Shown here in pieces: positions 1-11,239 of a DNA stretch of 42,162 nt. Source of the stretch: Octopus bimaculoides (lineage: Eukaryota). Both the position numbers and the translations under genes were made by a program. The stretch spans positions 133,124,785 to 133,166,946 of the forward strand of contig NC_068983.1 in NCBI RefSeq assembly GCF_001194135.2. The letters run 5' to 3'. The number at the start of each line of letters is the position of its first letter. Positions within the stretch are counted from its first letter, which is position 1. The notes beneath the pieces were generated by a model. That model was given only the letters and a program-made list of their open reading frames with translations, was not told where the DNA came from and made no database searches.

Positions 1-2
1 AT

Positions 3-299
3 TGTGAAGTGGATAGATGGGTGCAGTGTGTTGAGGATGTTGTGGAATGTTCGTAGATCTTCTGATCTGTTCCAAAAGATGAAACAGTCATCGAGGTAAC
101 ATTTCCACTTTTTCTTGACGTCTTCTCTGAAGTTGTGTTCGAAGGTGTTCCCAATTTCATCGTATAGCTTGTTCTCAAGGAAACCCATCACTAGGTTGGC
201 ATATGAAGGTGCGAATTTCGTACCCATCGCCGTGCCGTTTAGCTGTCGGTATGGTTTGTTGTTACATGAGAATGTGTTCTCTACAAGTATTCTTATATT
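3..299 (-). mobile_element. Penelope-like element (PLE) reverse transcriptase fragment, runs off the window edge
   Basis: Manual minus-strand translation, 99 codons without a stop: NIRILVENTFSCNNKPYRQLNGTAMGTKFAPSYANLVMGFLENKLYDEIGNTFEHNFREDVKKKWKCYLDDCFIFWNRSEDLRTFHNILNTLHPSIHFT. YxQxxGTAMG, APxYANL, YLDD and LNxxHPxIxFT are PLE RT hallmarks. Absent from the ORF track. Confidence 0.9.
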
Positions 300-2811
300 T
301 CTGTTATCATTGTTGCTGTCGTTTATCACAGATCAACTTTCATGAAGCAAGGGTAGTGTCCACGACATACCAACCATAGCTATATCATTTTAGTGATACC
401 TCGGGTTACGTTATCAATCAAATGCATTGCACCTTCATATACGACTTTACGAGTTATTTAAAGGGAGATTTTGCTGCTATTTTAGCAGTTTCGGCGATCA
501 TATAAAGGTATCGTCATTGGCTTGGTCGGTATCAAATATTCTGTATAAACATATGACGATATACATACGCAATTATAGGTCATATCATTGCTACATTATC
601 TTCTTCTACACCATGGCATAGATCAGATATCAACATATATGTTTTTTCAGAATAGGAGAAACCTACATATCCCATAATCCAGGCCCATTAAGTTTTAGTA
701 GTATGATAATATACACTGGAGCTTTTATTGCTTTAAACATTTATAAATGTGAAAAATATGCTATTTCTGTAGATATTTATTCCTATCTTCGCTATAAACC
801 ACGCCGCTTCTGTCTTATTATTTCAGTATGAATATTCTATCAGATTGTATGGGCAATTGTAAAATTTTCCTTTTCGTTTTCACTTTCTAAGTGGAATATA
901 TAATGCATTCTTTCATTAAAAGGTTATGTCGATATAATATATAGACAGAAGCCTATTATAAGCTCATTACTTTCAGAAGTATGTGTGAAACCTTTAACCA
1001 TTTAAATTAATATCCAAATTAATTACTAATACTGCGTTTAAATAATCACCGCTTGGTAAAATGTAAAGGTGGTTCAAATAGGTTATGATCCCAGATCCTT
1101 TAGACAGAACATACTGTAACTACTTTATTAACTTCTTGAACCCCTTATTACAACTTATTTTATAATTTGCTTCGATATATCAGCACAATACTGGTGTTGA
1201 TTTACATTACTGACAGGCAAACCAAACAAAATGTGGTACTTGAGAAAAAGTAGTTTACTATTTCCTCACTGTAGAAGTTGTTTCTTGTACGTTACTGTCA
1301 GCCCTGTAAGTCGAAAGTACATTGTGAAAAAAATAAGTGAGTAAACAAAGGAATGTGAAAGAGCGTGTGGTGTGACAGCTGGTAGAGAGGGGAATGGTTG
1401 AATAAATAGAATTTCAATGAGTCAATAATGATATTTTCAGTGCTCAGAAGGCCTAATTTCCCAGCGGTGTTACAGGGTCAATATAATCAGACTTACAAAC
1501 GCACAAGACGCAGATTTATAATTTGCCAAGAAACTAGGTATTGATAGCAAAATTAATCAAAACGAAATTTAATACCGTAAAACATTGCTTCTGACAAGTT
1601 CATATCTCAGCTCTTGGCAACACTTTTATTAAAGTGAAAATTATTTGTAAAAAAAAAAAATGAATTGATTTAAAATCCCAGTTTCTGCTTCACAATGGAA
1701 ACCATTCCTGATAATTTACCAATATATGACCATGGAATATATATAATGCTCCCAAACAACATTTTTTCACACATCTAAAATATATACTTCTAAATCACGT
1801 TAACCCACACCAATCAAAATAGTCGAACGCATAAATACCTTCTTCGTTTTATTTATATTTATATTCAAGACTGACAGTTAACATTGGTTAATATAAGAGA
1901 CAGCTAGAAAACAGTGCGGTTAAGGAGCCTGTTCGAGATTATGCAGTTAATTGTATAAGTATATATGTATACATTTATGTGTTTGTGAGAGTGTTGTGCG
2001 CGCGCGTGAGTATGCGAGTGTGTTTGTATGTCTGTTTCTATGAATGTACATATGGTTGTATGTATTTGAGTATATGTATATGTAATGGGAGTCGGCACAT
2101 TCAGAAGTACGCTTCTTAATGAACTTCAAAACGAAGATTACGTCATAATTTAGCTAAGGATTAGCACCTTTTACCGTAACTATAGCATGAATATCTCAAT
2201 TCAGTTAAACGCATTGCGAAATCAACGTAGAACTCTGTACGGTCTTTTCTGTTCACAACACGTTACTTACATATCGGGTACCAAGAACTGCTTCAGAATG
2301 ACATGTTCGGTAGAAAAAATAAAAAATATCATTTAAAGGTTTATTTGTTTTTGTTTTGTTTTGTTTTTTATCATGTGAATTTCTTTCCTACCCCTCGTTT
2401 TGATTTACTGTATTTGATGTTGTTCTTTCCATAACACTGGAAACCATTCAGTATATTTCTTCTCTAATGCCCATCCACATGCAATTGCTGTTCAGAATTC
2501 TACACATTCAAAGCGTAGTTAAGTCACCCGTGGTATGCTGTCTTTGATCTCAAAGGTAGCAATTTTTTTCCAGATCTTCGTTCATCATATGGTAGACGCA
2601 TTTGAATATTTACATTGTCCATACGAATACCTTGCCCACTTTATTCTAATACCATAGGCTTTAACTTTAATCTCCTAACTCCAAAACTTCAACGTCACTC
2701 ATATAGCTTGTCAAAGGTATATGCATTTACTATGCCTTGATAGTAATGTCCATTTTCACAACTATAAAAAATGCGTGTTTTAAAAATAAATAATTTGGTT
2801 TCATTACATGT

Positions 2812-2812
<1 letters not shown>

Positions 2813-2892
<80 letters not shown>
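2813..2892 (+). repeat. (TAGA)n microsatellite
   Basis: Direct reading. Further (TAGA)n arrays at about 3700-3800, 11898-11948 and 12645-12677. Confidence 0.97.
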
Positions 2893-3157
2893 CAGACGGG
2901 CAGACAGTTGTGTGTATGTGTGTATGCTTCCATATTGTTGGAATTTTTTGCGATTTCCTTCTTCAAGATTTCTTTCCTTACGTATTAAGCTGTTAGGGCT
3001 ATTTGAAATAAGTCGGGATTTTCAGTTTTACTCAGTTTTACTCTATACCGTACTTTTAGGATAAGAATTAGTATACCTGCTTGGCAGAGAAACCGTTCTT
3101 CTAGCGTAGCATTTCTATTTCTTGTATTGCAGGCAAATAATGGTTGCAGACTGAAGA

Positions 3158-3630
3158 ACAGCTAGTGTTACATTAAGATACTCAAATATCATAGAAAAGC
3201 CATTAGGAGGAAGAGACCGAATACAAATGTGGAAACGATCGACAATTATCCGTGACAACCATTCAGGTCTTTGGCAACAAATTAGTCACTTGACAAATTG
3301 GGATTGTCACTAGTGCACTATCGATCGGAACTGGCTCACTTAGACAAACACATATTCGGTCTAATGAAAGAAACTATTCGGAATGACGATGTGACACACA
3401 CGGGATGAAACTGTCTGTGAAGAAGAGAGTTTAAGAGTCAACATTTGAATTATATCAAAGAGGATTCGAGCATTGGTTTCAGCAACAAGCATCAGAGAAT
3501 CACTTGTGATGGAGATTGGAATACGTTATACATTTGTATAGTGGAAGAGTTAACGGCCAAGATGTGCAAAGAGAAAGATTTCTTTTAGATACTACAACAG
3601 CTATTCCTAATTTTATACAACCTTCCATAC
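3158..3630 (+). mobile_element. Highly decayed mariner-family transposase C-terminal remnant
   Basis: Translation across stops and frameshifts: NS*CYIKILKYHRKAIRRKRP...YRSELAHLDKHIFGLMKETIRN...RITCDGDW. This resembles mariner NSxxY..LRxAIRRKRP, YSPDLAPSDYHLFxxMK and KCIxxxGDY. Confidence 0.6.
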
Positions 3631-3732
3631 AACGCTCGAAGGCATGCATACACACAAACATACACATGTACCAGTACATATAAATGCTTATGCCGATGCT
3701 AGATAGATAGCTAGCTAGATAGATAGATAGAC

Positions 3733-3801
<69 letters not shown>

Positions 3802-4415
3802 TACAACTTCATATGCATCAGTATGTGTCAGTGTGCAAGTATGTATATATCAATTCACACGACAAAGGAACTGATAGAGACCGACTCATAAAAAAGAAGT
3901 TACTTAAATATAAGAACCTGGAAATTTGAATATGGGGAACGTAGAAGTGGTAGAAAGCAAGTCAAAATTGTTATATTTCTCATCTATTTATAACGAAGGT
4001 AACACTGAGAAAGCATAAGATACTGGGGAGTGTGTTCTAGGAAGCTGTTAGGGAGAGAAGAAAGATTATGGTAGCTGTGTTTGAGAGAAAATAAAATAAG
4101 GTCGGTGAGTTAAGAAAGAATCAGAGCGGAAGGAGAAGAGCGGATGAAGTTGAGGTTTGTTAGGAGATAGGATGATAAAATTACAGATCGACTTGGAAGA
4201 AGATTAAGAGGAGGAGTAGTGTCGAGATGGTAGAAATGTGCCTGAATGTAAATCTGAAGAGTGGGATAATGTCAGGTAGTTAAATATATGGGGATTAAAG
4301 CGTTAACTATGGCGACGATGAGTAACTGTGAGATGCATGAGGAGAAAGAATAGGGGAGGGAAAGTAAATGAAAATGATAACCATAACAAGAATGATAATG
4401 ATGATGATGAGGATG

Positions 4416-4417
<2 letters not shown>

Positions 4418-4473
<56 letters not shown>

Positions 4474-4500
4474 TAATAATAAAAATAATATTAATAATAA
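4418..4500 (+). repeat. (AAT)n microsatellite
   Basis: Direct reading; source of the poly-N and poly-I ORFs. Confidence 0.95.
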
Positions 4501-4643
4501 ACTTTTCTACTATAGACACAGGGTCTGGAATTTTAGGGGAGAGGAGACTAGTCGATTACATCGACCGCAGGGTTTCATTAATACTTCACTTATCGACCCC
4601 CGAATGGGTGAAAGGCCAAGACAACCTAACCTCAGCGGAATTT
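4501..4643 (-). mobile_element. tRNA-derived SINE with Meta-like central domain, 3' portion (head missing)
   Basis: GTCGATTACATCGAC...TTATCGACCCCCGAATGGGTGAAAGGC...CTCAGCGGAATTTG matches the more complete copy at 27741-27939. Confidence 0.75.
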
Positions 4644-4653
4644 GGATAATAAT

Positions 4654-4990
4654 GGAGACCCCCTTCGGTCAAGAATGACCATGGTATTGCACCAAGAAAT
4701 TTACCCTCCGAGGCACAAGTCTGGGTAAGGTTGTTTATGGAAGGTTACCAGTCACCCAAGCATACCAGCCTCCGCTCTACACAGCACTGATGTTACCCAA
4801 GACAAAGGCAAGGGCCGATACAGCTTGGCACCAGTGACGTCGCAACTCATTTCTACAGCTGAGTGAACTGGAGCAACGTGAAATAAAATGACTTACTCAA
4901 GACCGCAAAACGCAGCCCGGTCCGGGAATCGAACTCACAAACTCAGGATCATAAGCTGGACGCTCTAACCACTGAGCCATGCGCCTTCAC
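4654..4990 (-). mobile_element. Full-length tRNA-derived SINE (CORE/V-like middle) with 10-bp target-site duplication
   Basis: Minus strand starts GTGAAGGCGCATGGCTCAGTGG (A box), then GTTCGATTCC (B box), then CTTGAGTAAGTCATTTTATTTCACGTTGCTCCAGTTCACTCAGCTG. GGATAATAAT flanks both sides (4644-4653 and 4991-5000). Confidence 0.9.
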
Positions 4991-5033
4991 GGATAATAAT
5001 ACTATTAATAATAACAGCAACAAAATAATAAAT

Positions 5034-5510
5034 AAATGCCCTGATGCAGTACCAGATTGTGGCTCTCGTGGCTTCTGATCTTAACTGACTGAAAGTGTTA
5101 TTATGTAGATTGTTTTACCTTTGTATAAAGGATGGGCAACAACAAATATTCAGGTTACTCGACCTGAAGAAAACTCTAATTGAGACCCACCTGCAAGTTC
5201 ATGCGCTGTCTATCTTGATATGAGATCACCATGTCTAGCACATATGGCTGTGATGCATGTGCCTGGTGTAAGCTTATCAGACGGGTAGTCATGATGGGTA
5301 TACTGAGTTTCGTATATTTTCACCTAGTGTCACATCATTGGCATGCACTACTCTCTCACTCAATAATAATAATAATAATAAATGCCCTGATGCAGTGGCT
5401 CTCATCGCTTCTCATTTTAACTCATTGGAAGTGTTACCATATACAGTGTTTTTTCTTGGTTTAAAAGATGGGATACAACAAATATTCTGCTCAATACGAC
5501 AGATTTGCTT
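5034..5510. mobile_element. Two head-to-tail copies of an interspersed repeat embedded in (AAT)n
   Basis: AAATGCCCTGATGCAGT...GGCTCTC...GATGGG..ACAACAAATATTC occurs at 5034 and again at 5380, joined by (AAT)6 at 5362-5379. Confidence 0.8.
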
Positions 5511-5539
5511 ATATATATATATAAGTGGGTGTCTCTTTA

Positions 5540-5735
5540 ATTTTGAAACCCCACCCTTCCTTTGTTTGTGTGCATACATCCCGTACACTAGCAGTTCGCC
5601 AAAATAGTACGATAAAATAGGTATTCGGCTTACAAAGAATAAGTCCTGGGGTCGATTTCTTGAACTTAAAAAGAAACTTTTAATGCGATGATCCAGCAAG
5701 GCTGCAGTTAAATTACTGAAACAAGTAAAAGAATA
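5540..5735 (+). mobile_element. 3' half of the CORE-like, microsatellite-containing tRNA SINE
   Basis: GTTCGCCAAAATAGTACGATAAAATAGG...AATAAGTCCTGGGGTCGATTT...CCAGCAAGGCTGCAG...CTGAAACAAGTAAAAG aligns by eye with 19030-19180 and 30945-31140. Confidence 0.75.
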
Positions 5736-6081
5736 TATATNNNNNNNNNNNNNNNNNNNNNNNNNNNNNNNNNNNNNNNNNNNNNNNNNNNNNNNNNNNN
5801 NNNNNNNNNNNNNNNNNNNNNNNNNNNNNNNNNNNNNNNNNNNNNNNNNNNNNNNNNNNNNNNNNNNNNNNNNNNNNNNNNNNNNNNNNNNNNNNNNNNN
5901 NNNNNNNNNNNNNNNNNNNNNNNNNNNNNNNNNNNNNNNNNNNNNNNNNNNNNATATATATATACAGAAACAGAAGCATACGTATACATGAATACATATG
6001 ACGAAATATAGAAGAAAATTACAATGGATAATACACAATGTTAATAAAATATATTCCTACCATCACCACCACCAACAACAA

Positions 6082-6087
<6 letters not shown>

Positions 6088-6152
<65 letters not shown>

Positions 6153-6174
6153 TTACTACTACTACTACGACTAC
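6088..6174 (+). repeat. (TAC)n microsatellite, left arm of a fold-back
   Basis: Direct reading; 21 perfect units at 6088-6150. Confidence 0.95.
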
Positions 6175-6526
6175 TTCGCACATATATTGTGCAGAGAGGT
6201 TATAGGACGTAAACTGTAGATCTAAATATCTCCAACCCATGATATCCTTTTTGAATACCCCAATACCGGTTAAACATGGTCTTATTGGTCTTATTAAATA
6301 TTATTGAATTCACGACTACCCGTTTCCTTCTCTATGATTTAAGATTTTACTTTCCATAATGAAAATACTCTTTTTCACACCTCACCTATTTTATAATCCC
6401 TTTCGCTCTACTGTTTTCATTTTAAGTTTATTTATATTTTAGTTACTCTTTTAATTATCATCTTTCTCTTTCTTTCACTCTTGTTTCTGATTCTCCTTCT
6501 CACCCACATTCTTTCTTATTTCTTCT

Positions 6527-6622
6527 TATTATTATTGAGTTAAATAGCAATGCATGCCATCTAAGTGACACTGGGGTATGAACATACTAATCCCAATATA
6601 CCCATCATGGCTACCTTTCTGA
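6527..6622. mobile_element. Third, oppositely oriented partial copy of the (AAT)n-embedded repeat
   Basis: ATTATTGAGT...GCATGCCATCTAAGTGACACTGGGG...TATACCCATCATGGCTACC..TCTGATA is the approximate reverse complement of 5274-5365. Confidence 0.75.
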
Positions 6623-6635
6623 TATATGTGCGAAA

Positions 6636-6702
<67 letters not shown>

Positions 6703-6710
6703 GGTGGTGG
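6636..6710 (+). repeat. (TAG)n(GGT)n compound microsatellite, right arm of a fold-back
   Basis: Direct reading. Confidence 0.95.
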
Positions 6711-8329
6711 AGGGGGGGGTGTGGTACTGCTGTTGGTTNNNNNNNNNNNNNNNNNNNNNNNNNNNNNNNNNNNNNNNNNNNNNNNNNNNNNNNNNNNNNN
6801 NNNNNNNNNNNNNNNNNNNNNNNNNNNNNNNNNNNNNNNNNNNNNNNNNNNNNNNNNNNNNNNNNNNNNNNNNNNNNNNNNNNNNNNNNNNNNNNNNNNN
6901 NNNNNNNNNNNNNNNNNNNNNNNNNNNNNNNNNNNNNNNNNNNNNNNNNNNNNNNNNNNNNNNNNNNNNNNNNNNNNNNNNNNNNNNNNNNNNNNNNNNN
7001 NNNNNNNNNNNNNNNNNNNNNNNNNNNNNNNNNNNNNNNNNNNNNNNNNNNNNNNNNNNNNNNNNNNNNNNNNNNNNNNNNNNNNNNNNNNNNNNNNNNN
7101 NNNNNNNNNNNNNNNNNNNNNNNNNNNNNNNNNNNNNNNNNNNNNNNNNNNNNNNNNNNNNNNNNNNNNNNNNNNNNNNNNNNNNNNNNNNNNNNNNNNN
7201 NNNNNNNNNNNNNNNNNNNNNNNNNNNNNNNNNNNNNNNNNNNNNNNNNNNNNNNNNNNNNNNNNNNNNNNNNNNNNNNNNNNNNNNNNNNNNNNNNNNN
7301 NNNNNNNNNNNNNNNNNNNNNNNNNNNNNNNNNNNNNNNNNNNNNNNNNNNNNNNNNNNNNNNNNNNNNNNNNNNNNNNNNNNNNNNNNNNNNNNNNNNN
7401 NNNNNNNNNNNNNNNNNNNNATTTTCTTTCTATTTGGGAATTCATTTAGACTCAGAAGCCAATAACAACCCAAAATAAGGCAACATATAAATCAAATAAA
7501 GAAGATTTAATAAACACATCACTTTGGCTAATAACATTGATATAGTTTAGAATATCCTAGATGTTTTTATCTCATGCTCCCTTAACTTAAAAGTCTCTAG
7601 AAATAATTATTATCTAGGAAATATCGTTCATGTTTTTGTTTTTGTTTTGTTTTTCTTTTTTTTTTTTTTCCTTTCTCAAATACTGTGTATTTAGTAGCTC
7701 CAGTAAAAATTCAGACCGTGTATCCTCAAAGCATTCCAATCAGATAAGAAAAATCCAATGCATATTGATTATATATCTGTGAAAATTCGCAATTAAATTG
7801 AATCAAAGCTCACCTTTAATGCGAATTTCTGATAATATGGATGAACTTTGGTAAGAAGCTTAATAGCCAGGAATCCATTCAAAGGTGATATTAAAATTCC
7901 TGACGTAATTGAATGACGCAGGAAATTGTTAGAAGGTTAAATGCTGAAGTTGTCTTTATCTTTTGGAAGAATTTCAAATATCTCTAAATGTTAGGTATCG
8001 ATATATTAAATACATATACTCACACACAAACCTAATCATATCAACACATATACATGCATGTCTTTTATACACGTGCAGATGTATGTGCGTTTATGTATGA
8101 AAGTATGCATTAGTGCATCTATGTATGTATGTAAATTTTATGCAACGTTACTTCCTGAATGCTCGAATTTAATAAAGTGTCGTTTGATCCGGAATAATGA
8201 AGGACTGCGTTGAGCGCGGTGGGGATAGGAAGTGGTGTATTCATTTGTGTGTGAATATATTGCTATACATTTTATGTATATTTATGAAGCGGTAGGGTTA
8301 TATTGCAATATATATTATTTATAACATTG

Positions 8330-8602
8330 TAAAAGTGTATCTAATATCTGATGAAAGAGCCTCTGTGTGGTCACTCGATCTGTTATAATTAGTAGCCAAA
8401 TATCTTTCTGGTCACACCTTTAAACAAAAAAACAAAGAGTTTAGATTACACAGAATTCGATAGATTTTGCACAAATCAAAGACGGAAAAGATGCTGCTGG
8501 AACGGTTTTAATGATAGGTTTGCTCGATTAGGTCTGACCAGCGAATAAAAAAGAACAACTACAACAACGACTACGGGAACAACAGCAACAACAACAACAA
8601 CC
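8330..8602 (+). mobile_element. Degenerate retroposon 3' end terminating in (CAA)n
   Basis: GTGGTCACTCGATCTG...TAGCCAAAT...GCTGGAACGG...ATAGGTTTGCTCGATTAGGTCTGACC followed by a CAA-rich tail; a related copy lies on the opposite strand at 9105-9290. Confidence 0.5.
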
Positions 8603-8661
8603 TATAATGTTGAATCGAATTCAAACGTTTAAATTATGTTATGTGATGTTTAGTAGGGAAA

Positions 8662-8854
8662 TGGCTTGCAAAACAACGTGACTTGCACGCATCATGACTT
8701 GCACACAACGTGGCTTGCATATAACGTGGTAAGGAGATAATGTGCCTTGCACACAGCATGGCTCATACTGAGAGTGGTTTACAGTCAATGTGTGCGGTAC
8801 ACAATGTGTCTTGCACAGAAAATGGTTCGCATAAAACTTGGCTTGCATATATGA
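8662..8854 (+). repeat. Degenerate 16-bp minisatellite, 12 units (consensus about TGGCTTGCACACAACG)
   Basis: Units start with TG in register at 8662 (17 bp), 8679, 8695, 8711, 8727, 8743, 8759, 8775, 8791, 8807, 8823 and 8839. Confidence 0.85.
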
Positions 8855-9104
8855 CTGTTACACAACCTGAAGATAGAGAATAAATATAGTTGACTACTTT
8901 CAATATTCCACTGGGTTTCTCCTAATCGAGTTCCCCGATAGTCAACAGAAGCCCAGATGTGACAATTCTTTTCTTTTAAATTATAATGTGTTGAGGAATA
9001 CATTATTTGATATACGCCTCACTTTTTTTAAGACGGTGACAACTGAAGATGACGAGGCTGCTACTTTTCGTAATTTGACCAGCCGCTTAAAGGCTTCTTC
9101 GTTT

Positions 9105-9290
9105 GCTTCTGCTGTTGTTTATGCCCAGGTCATTTCCGATCAAGAGGACCTATATTCCAAAGCATTCCATCCCTTTTGTTCCAGACAATGTGTGTCTAGA
9201 TTTCTTCTTCTCCCCGGACATTTGATTGGTAATGAATGGGGAAGACGGCTGCTGACTCTACTACATCAACTTGCTTAGATTCACTGAAGT
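9105..9290 (-). mobile_element. Degenerate opposite-strand copy of the 8330-8602 retroposon tail
   Basis: Minus strand reads GCAGCC...GGGATGGAATGCTTTGGAATATAGGTCCTCTTGATCGGAAATGACCTGGGCATAAACAACAGCAG, with the same motif order as 8330-8602. Confidence 0.45.
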
Positions 9291-9480
9291 ACAAATAAAA
9301 CACTTTGAATGCTGTGGTAAAATTTTAGCACGTCTTGTCCTAGAATTCCTTAAATTCCCGCGCACACGTGAGATTCCTTAACGACGTAGTTCTATTAAGA
9401 CCGAGATCTTTATGCTTTTTGAAATGTTTTGCCTTATATTGATGTTTTTTTTACATTTTTTTTTTGTATCATGATACAGG

Positions 9481-9872
9481 GTGGAGGCGCAATCGCCCAG
9501 TGGTTAGGGCAGCGGACTCGCGGTCAAAGGATCGCGCTTTCGATTCCCAGACCGGGCTTTGTGAGTGTTTATTGAGCGAAAACACCTAAAGGTCCACGAG
9601 GCTCCGGCAGGGGATGGTGGCGAAACCTGCTGTACTATTTCACCACAACTTTCTCTCACTCTTACTCCCTTTTTCTGTTGTGCCTGTAATTCAAAGGGTC
9701 AGCCTTGTCACACTGTGTCACGCTGAATATCCCCGAGAACTACATTAAGGGTACACGTGTCTGTGGAGTGCTCAGCCACTTGAACGTTAATTTCGCGAGC
9801 AGGCTGTTCCATTGATCGGATCAACTGGAACCCTCGACGTCGTAAGCGACGGAGTGCCAACAACAACAACAA
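9481..9872 (+). mobile_element. Full-length tRNA-derived SINE with (CAA)n tail and 11-bp target-site duplication
   Basis: A-box-like TCGCCCAGTGG (9493) and B-box-like TTTCGATTCCC (9538); tail ...GGAACCCTCGACGTCGTAAGCGACGGAGTGCC(AAC)n; CATGATACAGG at 9470-9480 and 9873-9883. Confidence 0.92.
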
Positions 9873-10254
9873 CATGATACAGGATTCTTACGAAAATTAT
9901 ATTGGGAAGGGAGTTATATGCTTTGTGGGTAACTTTAGTCGAGCAATTTACTTTGGTGGAAAACTATAGTACAATAGTTGCTTATAGTAGTTGCGATGGA
10001 CTATATTAAAAGTATGGTAGATTATGTAAAATAAATGCCGATATCTATAATAACGCTACGTAACTAGTGAAGTGATTTAGCAATAACTGTGATGGATAAC
10101 TACAAAAATAGTGTTACAGTAATTGTGGGAAACGGTAAATGTACGTTGCTATGATTGTGCTGGGGAACTTTCTAGAACAGGGGGAAATAAATACGATATG
10201 ATACAAAGCTGATGAGTAAAATGATGATGAGAAAAAGAATAATCATTATTATCA

Positions 10255-10440
10255 CTTCTTCTTCTTCTTCTTCTTCTTTTTCTTCTTCTTCTTCTTCTTC
10301 TTCTTCTTCTTCTTCTTCTTCTTCTTCTTCTTCTTCTTCTTCTTCTTCATCATCATCATCATTATCATCATCATCATCGCCATCAACGTATTCATTATTA
10401 TCGTCATCGTCGACGTCGTCGCAGTCTTTACTATCAAAAT
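10255..10440 (+). repeat. (TTC)n followed by (TCA)n/(TCG)n trinucleotide repeats
   Basis: Direct reading; source of the poly-S, poly-E and poly-K ORFs. Confidence 0.95.
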
Positions 10441-10601
10441 CATGATCAGAATTGTCATCACAATTATAAAAAAATAATGATCGTGATAATGATAACAACT
10501 ATAATAACGGGGATTTATGATGCAGGCACCACTACTTAAACAGCTGCTGCTGACGGTGTTATACATGCTGAAGCTGCTAATGCTGTTCTTAATGCCGATG
10601 A

Positions 10602-10635
<34 letters not shown>

Positions 10636-11239
10636 TATGATGATGATGATGANNNNNNNNNNNNNNNNNNNNNNNNNNNNNNNNNNNNNNNNNNNNNNNN
10701 NNNNNNNNNNNNNNNNNNNNNNNNNNNNNNNNNNNNNNNNNNNNNNNNNNNNNNNNNNNNNNNNNNNNNNNNNNNNNNNNNNNNNNNNNNNNNNNNNNNN
10801 NNNNNNNNNNNNNNNNNNNNNNNNNNNNNNNNNNNNNNNNNNNNNNNNNNNNNNNNNNNNNNNNNNNNNNNNNNNNNNNNNNNNNNNNNNNNNNNNNNNN
10901 NNNNNNNNNNNNNNNNNNNNNNNNNNNNNNNNNNNNNNNNNNNNNNNNNNNNNNNNNNNNNNNNNNNNNNNNNNNNNNNNNNNNNNNNNNNNNNNNNNNN
11001 NNNNNNNNNNNNNNNNNNNNNNNNNNNNNNNNNNNNNNNNNNNNNNNNNNNNNNNNNNNNNNNNNNNNNNNNNNNNNNNNNNNNNNNNNNNNNNNNNNNN
11101 NNNNNNNNNNNNNNNNNNTAATGATACATTGCATGAGATGTTCATCAGACTGTTAGGAGGAAGTAATATGATAATGATGGTCATTAACATAATGGGAAGG
11201 ATGAGAATGGGGATGATCCCGAGTATAATGAAGAAATAG

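Noticed and set aside
3950-4300. Possible minus-strand LINE C-terminal remnant (..SLTAS*NTLPS..)
   Set aside because: Only one short WNxLP-like motif in purine-rich sequence; too weak without an HMM search.
8662-8854. CRISPR-like array interpretation of the periodic repeat
   Set aside because: Eukaryotic context, contiguous 16-bp units without unique spacers, and no cas genes.
9044-9075. CTGAAGATGACGAGG... as a second hammerhead
   Set aside because: It has a CUGANGA start but no GAAA or convincing stem II (reads TTTCGTAA). Other CTGA.GA hits at 3151, 5164, 8329, 8867 and 12914 also lack the rest of the fold.
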